A stretch of DNA of 64,000 bases from Eledone cirrhosa (lineage: Eukaryota). The notes under the pieces were generated by a model. It made no database searches, was not told the DNA's origin, and worked only from the letters and a program-made list of their open reading frames with translations. A program made the translations under genes and the position numbers. The stretch spans positions 41,788,001 to 41,852,000 of the forward strand of contig OZ024751.1 in NCBI GenBank assembly GCA_964016885.1, given 5' to 3'. Each line of letters opens with the position of its first letter. Position 1 is the first letter of the stretch. Shown piece by piece: positions 25,634-40,100 of this stretch.

Positions 25634-26031
25634 TATGTATATATTCATATATATGGTTACGTAGGTGATAGACATATAGATAGAGGTGTGTATGCGTGTG
25701 AGTACAAATGAATATATATATCTTTATACATATACATATACATACACATATACATGTACCTAATATTTATATTTGCAACTTAATAAGAACCTATATGCGA
25801 GTGAATATATTTTACATATATTCATATGAAAAAATCTATAAGCTGTAAATGTGAGAAAGAAAATTGGAATGAAGTGAAATCCTACGAATATGTAGATGTG
25901 TATCTGGAGAGGAGAATTTTAATTAAAATGTGACTTAACTGAACACAGTTTAGGTTTGATACTCGTGGCTGTCGCATGTCTTTGGATCAAATACAATTAT
26001 TTTACAGATACATGTGCGCACACATATATAA

Positions 26032-26079
<48 letters not shown>

Positions 26080-26121
26080 GCATACATATATACATAGATT
26101 CATACTCATGCACACACAAAC

Positions 26122-26278
<157 letters not shown>

Positions 26279-26366
26279 TATATATATATATATATATGTG
26301 CGTGTGCGTGTTTATTCACATACTTATGTAGGTATGCATACTTATTTCGTTTTTTGATTATATCTA

Positions 26367-26433
<67 letters not shown>

Positions 26434-26494
26434 TGTTACCCGGAGATTTACCCATTTGCATTGTCGAGGCTTCCAAACGACTTAAAGATATTTA

Positions 26495-26546
<52 letters not shown>

Positions 26547-26585
26547 TTATATATATACATATATATATATAAGCATATATATTTG

Positions 26586-26636
<51 letters not shown>

Positions 26637-26684
26637 ATATACTTATATATATACATATATATATATGCATATATATTTGTATAT

Positions 26685-26729
<45 letters not shown>

Positions 26730-26762
26730 TGTGAAACTATATGTATATATATATATGTATAT

Positions 26763-26839
<77 letters not shown>

Positions 26840-27179
26840 CCTATACTATGTGTGTATGTCTGCGGGCGTGTGTATGTGTGTATGTCTGTGGGCGTGTGTA
26901 TGTGTGTGTATCTCTGTGTATGTACGTGTGTTTGTGTGTGTGTGTATGTGAGTATTCTGATATATGTGTGTGTGTGTGTATTCTGATATATGTGTGTCTG
27001 ATCTATGGCTGCGTTAGAGAAAGGGAAAAGATTATCGATAACAGAGAAAGGAAACTCTTCTCATCTCTTTTACAAGAAACCTTCATTGTATTCGTTGCTG
27101 TCCTCTCACTTGATTCTAATCTACTCTGTTGACATTGGATGGCACCAAAATTAGATTACTTAAGTCCTATACATACAGC

Positions 27180-27242
<63 letters not shown>

Positions 27243-27763
27243 TTGCTAGACGAACAAATAAACACATAACAAAAGAAGAAGAACGAACGAACGAACGAAA
27301 TAACAAACAAACATATATATATATAGTAATTTGATACTATATTGTATGGCTACTCAATAATAAGCTTATATCATATACTGTTGCTTTAGTCTTGTGTTGA
27401 ATGATGTCCACGGAATGAGGTGAATAACCAAGGTGTTATTTAATAAGAATTTCGATTGAGTTTTGCGTTTACTTCAAACGTTTGTAAGGAGGATGGGTGT
27501 TGAAGTGAAGAGATAATAAGTTTCGGGTAAGATTGTTTTGTTTCCCTATAGAAACAACTTCACTTCAGTCCTTCATTTAGGATTCTAATCCTCTTGAGAA
27601 AGGTATTGATCGTTTCGTCGCAAAATTCTATTTTCCTTTCCATTCCCAGTTTTCATTGTGTTCTCGGCTTGCAGCCAATACCAGACATTTTTTCTTTGTG
27701 TTTATGTAATGACTATATTGTCTTGTCTAGGGGTGGTTGTGGGGGTTGGGTCGTATATATATA

Positions 27764-28320
<557 letters not shown>

Positions 28321-28514
28321 TATATAATTCAGGACCTCGACGGCTGACCTCTGGCTGTTTCGACAGCTAAATCCGAACTAAGCCACCAGTATTAGGACGG
28401 CGGGAATCTAGCTGAACTGATCAAGGGGTACAGTCCATATATGGACATGCAGTCAAAGCAATGAAGCAAAGAATCTAAGCAAAAAATCATAAAAGTTATA
28501 TATACATATGCAGC

Positions 28515-28685
28515 CCGAATGAAATCGGGGGTAACCACAGTCAAAACGGTACTCAATACATTAGTAGAGTGTAAACACCATTATTTAATTTAGAAATGAC
28601 TTCTACGGGACTAGAACTGTTTCATTCATATTAATGATGATTTCATACGAATGAAATAGTTCTAGTCCTGTCGAAGCTTTTTCTA
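28515..28685. mobile_element. Family A fold-back element, second copy
   Basis: Homologous to 551-743. Hairpin at 28591-28685 with apex at (A)TGATGA. Right arm has a GUC triplet, left arm GUA. Confidence 0.7.
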
Positions 28686-30045
28686 CACCAGGGTTTGGTG
28701 GGGAGGAAGGGGGGGGGGGGGCGTTTAGACGCCGACCATTCGATCATGAAGTAGATTTTACTGGATTGCATGGTACCAGTAACAATCAAAGATAAATAGG
28801 ATTTCAACAAAGGTTTGAAATTAACGTGAGCATCATCAGCTTCCGTCTGTTTTAGGAGATGATAGAGATGATGTGATTTCTTCGTTTCCCTTCTCTCTCC
28901 ATCCCACCTCTCACCACTTCGAGCACCAAAAATAGACAAAGATGGGAATAATCAGCACTACACGATGACTTATTTATCATGGTACATTATGGGCTTCAGT
29001 TATCATAAGTGAATACGGAGAGGTCCTACCGAAGGCGTGTTTCTGGAAATGTTATTTAATATTATAGAAATATTTACAAACTTGGCTCTTCATTTCACAT
29101 TTCTGCTAACCATGATGAAATATGAAAGTGGGAAGGTGACTAGCACACAAATAACCCCACAGGCACACTAGACGTGTCACAACAACCAATTTATTATACG
29201 CCATATCTTAATCAATTCTTAAGTCGTATACTCCATCACCAAAATGGCTGACGCAAGTAGGCGTCCATTATGAAAGAGAATAAAAATGGCGGTTCTTTTA
29301 TTGTATATAACATAGCTATTTAGTTGTTTTTCGTTAGTTTTCCCCGTTGGTTATTGGAATTCGGAAATAGCAAACGAAATATTCTATAAAATTTGAAAGT
29401 AATTGAACAAATGCCATAAACTGAATGTCAATGCTGCTTTAAAAGAAACCATTAGCGGCGGAAATACAATTCAGACATCGTTAACGAAACTCGTGAAATG
29501 TTCTTGTCATGAAAAACAAATGTATTTGTTGGACGAACATGAAGTAAGAAATAATAGATATTTCTATTGTTAAATAAGCGTTCTTTGTCTCTAAATTAAT
29601 GTAACATCTTAAATGTAGTCATTTGGCAAAACCCCAATTTAGAAAAATCTCTTTTTCTGGTTTTGAAACCGCAAATTACAAATGAAAATGAGAATAAAAC
29701 CATAACTTTTGTAAATTCTATAATTGCTGTAGGCATGATGTTAAAATATATTTATGGATTATACACACCTAATTTTGTGTGTGTGTGTGTGCGTGCGTGT
29801 GTGTGTGTGTGTGTGAGTGTGTGTGTGTGTGTGTGTGTGCAGGTGTATATGTGTAGGTGTGTATGTGTGGGTGTATAGTATTTTTGCGTGTTATTGTGTT
29901 TCTGTATGTATGTATATATGTATGTGTGATTTTATATATGTGTGCATGTATCTCTGATTTTATGTATGTTTGCATGTATGTATGCACGCATGCATATATG
30001 TTTGTATGTATGTATGTGTTTATGTATATATATATATATATATAT

Positions 30046-30295
30046 GTAGATAAATCTACCAAAAGTTTACGGTAGTGTCCAATCCGTATGAAGACGGCAT
30101 ATGTATGTGTTGGTATGTATATTCTATTTGATAGTTTGTATAATTTTGTATAATTTGGTACATAGATCTTTTGAATATGCATGCCAATTCTAACACATAT
30201 ATGTCCTAGAAACGATCGTTAAATAATGAACTTTTTTTGTTTAATATAAGGAACTGTTTCATTGTTTTATTCATTATTTTTTTAATATTTTATTT
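30046..30295. mobile_element. Family C element with internal inversion
   Basis: 30046-30094 is collinear with 9619-9667. 30089-30295 is the reverse complement of about 9750-9950. The junction lies in the shared TGAAGA. Confidence 0.75.
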
Positions 30296-30313
30296 ATATA
30301 GATATATATATAG

Positions 30314-30388
<75 letters not shown>

Positions 30389-31381
30389 GATTACATTTAT
30401 GAATATATACATGTGTGTGTATGCATATATTGCATGTAAGTATGTATGTGTGCATGTATGCATGTATATATGCATGCATGTAGATCAATTCGAGGGGATT
30501 GATCCACCTAGATCAATTCGAAGGGGTTGCCTCTGACAGGACCCACTGGAAGGCGTGCTTGAGGACTTAGTCCTCACGAACCTCCCAGAGATAAATAAGC
30601 GAAGAATAAAAATAATAAGAAGCAAGCCTACACATATATTTAAACAAGCTAACACTAGAAATATGTATAATGTGTGTGAGCATTATACATATTTCATTAG
30701 TAATATGATCTAGTTTTATGATTCCCATCTAAATCCTGAAATTATTCTCTTCGGGTTTCTTTGTAAACATTTCCTTCTCGATATTGTATTTGTTTTTAAA
30801 AACAGGGTTGAAAAAAAAAATAGAAAAAGAATAAAATTAAAAAACAAAATTAGTTAATGAGATAAATGGAGAAGTGAAGTGTGTTTCTCAGGTAGATGAT
30901 TGGAAAGATAAGACTAATAAGTGATAGATGAGAGATGATAGAGGATAGATGGTAGAGGATAGATGATGATAGAGATATAGATGTGATTAAACAATTAAGT
31001 AGGAGAAAGGGGGAGAGCGAAAGAGAGGGTGAATGGGAGAGAGTGAGTGACAGAGAGGGGGGAAAGAGGAAGGAGAAGGAGTGAGTAAGAGAGGGGGAAG
31101 GGGAGAGAGTGAGAGAGAGGGGAGAGAGGTGGGGGGAGACGGAGTGAGTAAGAGAGGGGAGAGAGAGTGGGTGAGAGAGAGAGTGGGAGAGTGAAGGACA
31201 GAGACAGGGAGGGCGAGAGAGACGGGGAGAGACAAAGAGGGAGAGAGAGACGAAGAGAGCTAGAGGAAGAGAGAGAGAGGAAGAGAGAGAAAGGGTGTGG
31301 GAGAGAGAGGGACAGAGACAGAGAGAGAGATAGACAGAGAGAGCGAGAGGAAGAGAGAGAGAGATAGTGGCAGCGAGGGGA

Positions 31382-31459
<78 letters not shown>

Positions 31460-31864
31460 GGGGAATGAGATGGAGAGAGATTGATACAGAGAGGGAGAAA
31501 TAAACAGAGAGAGCGAGAGGAAGTGAGAAAGAGAAAAGTGACAGATTAGGTGAAATAGAGAGGTAGAAAGGAGAACTATATTTTATGATAGACTACAAAT
31601 AAAAACGCCTCTCTTATTTCTCATCAAAAGATCAAATCAGTTTACGCTGTTGACAATAACAGCTGGAATAATTCGAAATCCATAACAGCTGGAATAGTTT
31701 CTATTATTCGGAGTATTAGCTATCAATATAATCAACAAGTTCTTTGATTTGATTTGGTTTGGTTGTTTCTTTATTTGACTTAAGTATCAATTTCTTTAAA
31801 TCAATGTAATGCCAGTTAATTGATCAACGAAAGGAGAGGGATCATATATCATTTAGAAGATTGC

Positions 31865-31967
31865 CGGTTCAACTTCCTTGTTTTTTCTTCGTTGTATTTT
31901 ACTTAATAAAGTTAAAAGATTACTTTATTAAGTAATTTACAATGAAGGAAACATGGAAATTGAACCG
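31865..31967. repeat. Imperfect inverted repeat (about 47-bp arms) plus a third partial arm to about 32030
   Basis: CGGTTCAACTTCC...TTACTTAATAAAGT and ACTTTATTAAGTAA...GGAAATTGAACCG. Confidence 0.75.
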
Positions 31968-32089
31968 TAAAACCTGTATGGCGGTTCACTTTCCGTGTTT
32001 CCTGCGGTTTAAAATTACTTAATAGAGCAGTAAAATCTATATTTGTAATTTAAATGTAAACATCATGTAAGTCTTAGATGCTGTGAATT

Positions 32090-32390
32090 GTCAGAGTCCT
32101 TAGAACGTCGGATAGAATGCTTTGCAGTATTCGTTTCGAATCTCTGCTCTCTGAGTTCAAATCCCACCAAAGTCAACTTTCCCTGTCATCCTTTCGAGGT
32201 CGATAAAAAAATACCAGTCTAGTACTGAGATCGATTCTTTCTCACTTCCACTCTCTGTCTAGCTATCTATCTGTTTTTCTATCTATTTCTCCTTTTCTGG
32301 AAGAAATGGGCTGTGTTCAAGCCTGGGGAGTTTAAAGCGCCCAAGACACGTCATACGTCATGACAATGTCCCATACGACTCTATCATGTG
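32090..32390 (+). mobile_element. SINE family 2
   Basis: B box GAGTTCAAATCC and TCATCCTTTCGAGGTCGATAAAA...TACCAG body. Confidence 0.7.
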
Positions 32391-32446
32391 TTTCGTTTCC
32401 ACAAATACACACATGTAGGTCTTTGATTTCTTTAATGTCTTCAATA

Positions 32447-33882
32447 ATATATTCTATTAATAAGGGAATATATTCTATTAATAAGGGAATATATTCTATT
32501 AATAAGGGAATATATTCTATCAATAAGGGAATATATTCTATTAATAAGGGAATATATTGTATTAATAAGGGAATATATTCTATCAATAAGGAATATATTC
32601 TATTAATAAGGGAATATATTGTATTAATAAGGGAATATATTCTATCAATAAGGAATATATTCTATTAATAAGGGAATATATTCTATTAATAAGGGAATAT
32701 ATTCTATTAATAAGGGAATATATTCTATCAATAAGGAATATATTCTATTAATAAGGGAATATATTCTATCAATAAGGGAATATATTCTATTAATAAGGGA
32801 ATATATTCTATTAATAAGGGAATATATTCTATCAATAAGGGAATATATTCTATTAATAAGGGAATATATTCTATCAATAAGGAATATATTCTATCAATAA
32901 GGGAATATATTCTATTAATAAGGGAATATATTCTATTAATAAGGGAATATATTCTATCAATAAGGGAATATATTCTATTAATAAGGGAATATATTCTATC
33001 AATAAGGAATATATTCTATCAATAAGGGAATATATTCTATTAATAAGGAATATATTCTATTAATAAGGGAATATATTCTATCAATAAGGGAATATATTCT
33101 ATTAATAAGGGAATATATTGTATTAATAAGGGAATATATTCTATCAATAAGGAATATATTCTATTAATAAGGGAATATATTCTATCAATAAGGGAATATA
33201 TTATATTAATAAGGGAATATATTCTATCAATAAGGGAATATATTATATTAATAAGGGAATATATTCTATCAATAAGGGAATATATTATATTAATAAGGGA
33301 ATATATTCTATTAATAAGGGAATATATTCTATCAATAAGGGAATATATTCTATCAATAAGGGAATATATTATATTAATAAGGGAATATATTCTATTAATA
33401 AGGGAATATATTCTATCAATAAGGGAATATATTATATTAATAAGGGAATATATTCTATCAATAAGGGAATATATTCTATCAATAAGGGAATATATTATAT
33501 TAATAAGGGAATATATTCTATCAATAAGGAATATATTCTATCAATAAGGGAATATATTATATTAATAAGGGAATATATTCTATCAATAAGGGAATATATT
33601 ATATTAATAAGGGAATATATTCTATCAATAAGGGAATATATTCTATCAATAAGGGAATATATTATATTAATAAGGGAATATATTCTATCAATAAGGAATA
33701 TATTCTATCAATAAGGGAATATATTATATTAATAAGGGAATATATTCTATCAATAAGGGAATATATTCTATCAATAAGGGAATATATTATATTAATAAGG
33801 GAATATATTCTATCAATAAGGGAATATATTCTATCAATAAGGGAATATATAATCAATAAGGGAATATATTCTATCAATAAGG
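32447..33882. repeat. 21-bp minisatellite (TAAGGGAATATATTCTATYAA)n, about 1.4 kb
   Basis: Direct reading. Occasional 20-bp units. Resumes briefly at 34072-34115. Confidence 0.97.
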
Positions 33883-34072
33883 GCGGTGGATTGGCAGTAT
33901 CGGTAGAGGGTCGGACGCCATGCTTTGCAGCAAAGAGTTACTGCCCTTTATGGTCTGAGTTCAAATCCTGCCGAGGTTAACTTTGCCTGTCATCCTTACG
34001 GGGTCGATAAAATAAAGTACCAGTAATACACTGGAATAATTGCTGGTCTTGTTCCAAAAGTAGAAACAATTA
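33880..34072 (+). mobile_element. SINE family 1, full length, inserted in the 21-bp array
   Basis: A box TGGCAGTATCGG and B box GAGTTCAAATCC. TATCAATAAGGG on both sides (TSD or array unit). Confidence 0.85.
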
Positions 34073-34172
34073 TATCAATAAGGGACTATATTCTATCAAT
34101 AAAGGAATATATAATCCGTTATGTTCTAAAGATGATAGCTTTACTTTCTACGTCTTTTCATGAGAGTGTATT

Positions 34173-37100
34173 GGGCAGTTGGAAGACCGACCTGTGTGGT
34201 GAACAGCCATATCCTACATGAGGTGCCTCTCATAAGAATAGTTTGAACCTGGGCAGTTGGAAGACCGACCTGTGTGGTGAACAGCCATATCCTACATGAG
34301 GTGCCTCTCATAAGAATAGTTTGAACCTCGGCAGTTGGAAGACCGACCTGTGTGGTGAACAGCCATATCCTACATGAGGTGCCTCACATAAGAATAGTTT
34401 CAACCTGGGCTGTTGGAAGACCGACCTGTGTGGTGAACAGCCATATCCTACATGAGGTGCCTCTTATAAGAATAGTTTGAACCTGGGCAGTTGGAAGACC
34501 GACCTGTGTGGTGAACAGCCATATCCTACACGAGGTGCCTCTTATAAGAATAGTTTAAACCTGGGCTGTTGGAAGACCGACCTGTGTGGTGAACAGCCAT
34601 ATCCTACATGAGGTGCCTCACATAAGAATAGTTTGAACCTGGGCAGTTGGAAGACCGACCTGTGTGGTGAACAGCCATATCCTACATGAGGAGCCTCTTA
34701 TAAGAATAGTTTGAACCTGGGCTGTTGGAAGACCGACCTGTGTGGTGAACAGCCATATCCTACATGAGGAGCCTCTTATAAGAATAGTTTGAACCTGGGC
34801 TGTTGGAAGACCGACCTGTGTGATGAACAGCCATATCCTACATGAGGTGCCTCACATAAGAATAGTTTGAACCTGGGCAGTTGGAAGACCGACCTGTGTG
34901 GTGAACAGCCATATCCTACATGAGGTGCCTCACATAAGAATAGTTTGAACCTGGGCAGTTGGAAGACCGACCTGTGTGGTGAACAGCCATATCCTACATG
35001 AGGAGCCTCTTATAAGAATAGTTTGAACCTGGGCTGTTGGAAGACCGACCTGTGTGGTGAACAGCCATATCCTACATGAGGTGCCTCTTATAAGAATAGT
35101 TTGAACCTGGGCAGTTGGAAGACCGACCTGTGTGGTGAACAGCCATATCCTACATGAGGTGCCTCACATAAGAATAGTTTGAACCTGGGCTTTTGGAAGA
35201 CCGACCTGTGTGGTGAACAGCCATATCCTACATGAGGTGCCTCTTATAAGAATAGTTTGAACCTGGGCAGTTGGAAGACCGACCTGTGTGGTGAACAGCC
35301 ATATCCTACATGAGAAGCCTCTTATAAGAATAGTTTGAACCTGGGCAGTTGGAAGACCGACCTGTGTGGTGAACAGCCATATCCTACATGAAGAGCCTCT
35401 CATAAGAATAGTTTGAACCTGGGCAGTTGGAAGACCGACCTGTGTGGTGAACAGCCATATCCTACATGAGAAGCCTCTTATAAGAATAGTTTGAACCTGG
35501 GCAGTTGGAAGACCGACCTGTGTGGTGAACAGCCATATTCTACATGAGGTGCCTCACATAAGAATAGTTTGAACCTGGGCAGTTGGAAGACCGACCTGTG
35601 TGGTGAACAGCCATATCCTACATGAGGTGCCTCTTATAAGAATAGTTTGAACCTGGGCTGTTGGAAGACCGACCTGTGTGGTGAACAGCCATATCCTACA
35701 TGAGGTGCCTCTCATAAGAATAGTTTGAACCTGGGCTGTTGGAAGACCGACCTGTGTGGTGAACAGCCATATCCTACATGAGGTGCCTCACATAAGAATA
35801 GTTTCAACCTGGGCAGTTGGAAGACCGACCTGTGTGGTGAACAGCCATATCCTACATGAGGTGCCTCTCATAAGAATAGTTTGAACCTGGGCTGTTGGAA
35901 GACCGACCTGTGTGGTGAACAGCCATATCCTACATGAGGTGCCTCTCATAAGAATAGTTTGAACCTGGGCAGTTGGAAGACCGACCTGTGTGGTGAACAG
36001 CCATATCCTACATGAGAAGCCTCTTATAAGAATAGTTTGAACCTGGGCAGTTGGAAGACCGACCTGTGTGGTGAACAGCCATATCCTACATGAGGTGCCT
36101 CTTATAAGAATAGTTTGAACCTGGGCTGTTGGAAGACCGACCTGTGTGGTGAACAGCCATATCCTACATGAGGTGCCTCTCATAAGAATAGTTTGAACCT
36201 GGGCAGTTGGAAGACCGACCTGTGTGGTGAACAGCCATATCCTACATGAGGTGCCTCTTATAAGAATAGTTTGAACCTGGGCTGTTGGAAGACCGACCTG
36301 TGTGGTGAACAGCCATATCCTACATGAGGTGCCTCTCATAAGAATAGTTTGAACCTGGGCAGTTGGAAGACCGACCTGTGTGGTGAACAGCCATATCCTA
36401 CATGAGAAGCCTCTTATAAGAATAGTTTGAACCTGGGCAGTTGGAAGACCGACCTGTGTGGTGAACAGCCATATCCTACATGAGGTGCCTCTTATAAGAA
36501 TAGTTTGAACCTGGGCTGTTGGAAGACCGACCTGTGTGGTGAACAGCCATATCCTACATGAGGTGCCTCACATAAGAATAGTTTCAACCTGGGCAGTTGG
36601 AAGACCGACCTGTGTGGTGAACAGCCATATCCTACATGAGGTGCCTCACATAAGAATAGTTTGAACCTGGGCAGTTGGAAGACCGACCTGTGTGGTGAAC
36701 AGCCATATCCTACATGAGGTACCTCACATAAGAATAGTTTCAACCTGGGCAGTTGGAAGACCGACCTGTGTGGTGAACAGCCATATCCTACATGAGGTGC
36801 CTCACATAAGAATAGTTTGAACCTGGGCTGTTGGAAGACCGACCTGTGTGGTGAACAGCCATATCCTACATGAGAAGCCTCTTATAAGAATAGTTTGAAC
36901 CTGGGCAGTTGGAAGACCGACCTGTGTGGTGAACAGCCATATCCTACATGAGAAGCCTCACATAAGAATAGTTTGAACCTGGGCTGTTGGAAGACCAACC
37001 TGTGTGGTGAACAGCCATATCCTACATGAGGTGCCTCACATAAGAATAGTTTGAACCTGGGCAGTTGGAAGACCGACCTGTGTGGTGAACAGCCATATCC

Positions 37101-40100
37101 TACATGAGGTGCCTCACATAAGAATAGTTTGAACCTGGGCTGTTGGAAGACCGACCTATGTGGTGAACAGCCATATCCTACATGAGGTGCCTCACATAAG
37201 AATAGTTTGAACCTGGGCTGTTGGAAGACCGACCTGTGTGGTGATCAGCCATATCCTACATGAGGTGCCTCTTATAAGAATAGTTTGAACCTGGGCTGTT
37301 GAAAGACCGACCTGTGTGGTGAACAGCCATATCCTACATGAGGTGCCTCTTATAAGAATAGTTTGAACCTGGGCTGTTGGAAGACCGACCTGTGTGGTGA
37401 ACAGCCATATCCTACATGAGGTGCCTCACATAAGAATAGTTTGAACCTGGGCTGTTGGAAGACCGACCTATGTGGTGAACAGCCATATCCTACATGAGGT
37501 GCCTCACATAAGAATAGTTTGAACCTGGGCTGTTGGAAGACCGACCTGTGTGGTGAACAGCCATATCCTACATGAGGTGCCTCACATAAGAATAGTTTGA
37601 ACCTGGGCTGTTGGAAGACCGACCTGTGTGGTGAACAGCCATATCCTACATGAGGTGCCTCTTATAAGAATAGTTTGAACCTGGGCTGTTGGAAGACCGA
37701 CCTGTGTGGTGAACAGCCATATCCTACATGAGGTGCCTCACATAAGAATAGTTTGAACCTGGGCTGTTGGAAGACCGACCTGTGTGGTGAACAGCCATAT
37801 CCTACATGAGGAGCCTCTTATAAGAATAGTTTGAACCTGGGCTGTTGGAAGACCGACCTGTGTGGTGAACAGCCATATCCTACATGAGGTGCCTCACATA
37901 AGAATAGTTTGAACCTGGGCTGTTGGAAGACCGACCTGTGTGGTGAACAGCCATATCCTACATGAGGTGCCTCTTATAAGAATAGTTTGAACCTGGGCAG
38001 TTGGAAGACCGACCTGTGTGGTGAACAGCCATATCCTACACGAGGTGCCTCTCATAAGAATAGTTTGAACCTGGGCAGTTGGAAGACCGACCTGTGTGGT
38101 GAACAGCCATATCCTACATGAGGTGCCTCACATAAGAATAGTTTGAACCTGGGCAGTTGGAAGACCGACCTGTGTGGTGAACAGCCATATCCTACATGAG
38201 GTGCCTCTCATAAGAATAGTTTGAACCTGGGCAGTTGGAAGACCGACCTGTGTGGTGAACAGCCATATCCTACATGAGGTGCCTCACATAAGAATAGTTT
38301 GAACCTGGGCAGTTGGAAGACCGACCTGTGTGGTGAACAGCCATATCCTACATGAGGTGCCTCACATAAGAATAGTTTGAACCTGGGCAGTTGGAAGACC
38401 GACCTGTGTGGTGAACAGCCATATCCTACATGAGGTGCCTCTCATAAGAATAGTTTGAACCTGGGCAGTTGGAAGACCGACCTGTGTGGTGAACAGCCAT
38501 ATCCTACATGAGGTGCCTCACATAAGAATAGTTTGAACCTGGGCAGTTGGAAGACCGACCTGTGTGGTGAACAGCCATATCCTACATGAGAAGCCTCACA
38601 TAAGAATAGTTTGAACCTGGGCAGTTGGAAGACCGACCTGTGTGGTGAACAGCCATATCCTACATGAGGTGCCTCTCATAAGAATAGTTTGAACCTGGGC
38701 AGTTGGAAGACCGACCTGTGTGGTGAACAGCCATATCCTACATGAGGTGCCTCACATAAGAATAGTTTGAACCTGGGCAGTTGGAAGACCGACCTGTGTG
38801 GTGAACAGCCATATCCTACATGAGGTGCCTCACATAAGAATAGTTTGAACCTGGGCAGTTGGAAGACCGACCTGTGTGGTGAACAGCCATATCCTACATG
38901 AGGTGCCTCTTATAAGAATAGTTTCAACCTGGGCAGTTGGAAGACCGACCTGTGTGGTGAACAGCCATATCCTACATGAGGTGCCTCACATAAGAATAGT
39001 TTGAACCTGGGCAGTTGGAAGACCGACCTGTGTGGTGAACAGCCATATCCTACATGAGGTGCCTCACATAAGAATAGTTTGAACCTGGGCAGTTGGAAGA
39101 CCGACCTGTGTGGTGAACAGCCATATCCTACATGAGGTGCCTCTTGTAAGAATAGTTTGAACCTGGGCAGTTGGAAGACCGACCTGTGTGGTGAACAGCC
39201 ATATCCTACATGAGGAGCCTCTTATAAGAATAGTTTGAACCTGGGCAGTTGGAAGACCGACCTGTGTGGTGAACAGCCATATCCTACATGAGGTGCCTCT
39301 TATAAGAATAGTTTGAACCTAGGCTGTTGGAAGACCGACCTGTGTGGTGAACAGCCATATCCTACATGAGGTGCCTCACATAAGAATAGTTTGAACCTGG
39401 GCTGTTGGAAGACCGACCTGTGTGGTGAACAGCCATATGCTACATGAGGTGCCTCTTATAAGAATAGTTTGAACCTGGGCAGTTGGAAGACCGACCTGTG
39501 TGGTGAACAGCCATATCCTACATGAGGTGCCTCACATAAGAATAGTTTGAACCTGGGCTGTTGGAAGACCGACCTGTGTGGTGAACAGCCATATCCTACA
39601 TGAGGTGCCTCTTATAAGAATAGTTTCAACCTGGAAAGTTGGAAGACCGACCTGTGTGGTGAACAGCCATATCCTACATGAGGTGCCTCTTATAAGAATA
39701 GTTTCAACCTGGGCAGTTGGAAGACCGACCTGTGTGGTGAACAGCCATATCCTACATGAGGTGCCTCTTATAAGAATAGTTTGAACCCGGGCTGTTGGAA
39801 GACCGACCTGTGTGGTGAACAGCCATATCCTACATGAGGTGCCTCTTATAAGAATAGTTTGAACCTGGGCAGTTGGAAGACCGACCTGTGTGGTGAACAG
39901 CCATATCCTACATGAAGAACCTCTTATAAGAATAGTTTGAACCTGGGCTGTTGGAAGACCGACCTGTGTGGTGAACAGCCATATCCTACATGAAGAGCCT
40001 CTTATAAGAATAGTTTCAACCTGGGCAGTTGGAAGACCGACCTGTGTGGTGAACAGCCATATCCTACATGAGGTGCCTCTTATAAGAATAGTTTGAACCT

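Noticed and set aside
29238-29295. Two YY1-like AAAATGGC motifs suggesting a promoter
   Set aside because: Short motifs expected by chance, with no associated exon or ORF that I can support.
33880-33975. tRNA gene
   Set aside because: A and B boxes are present but there is no cloverleaf. It is the head of a multicopy SINE.
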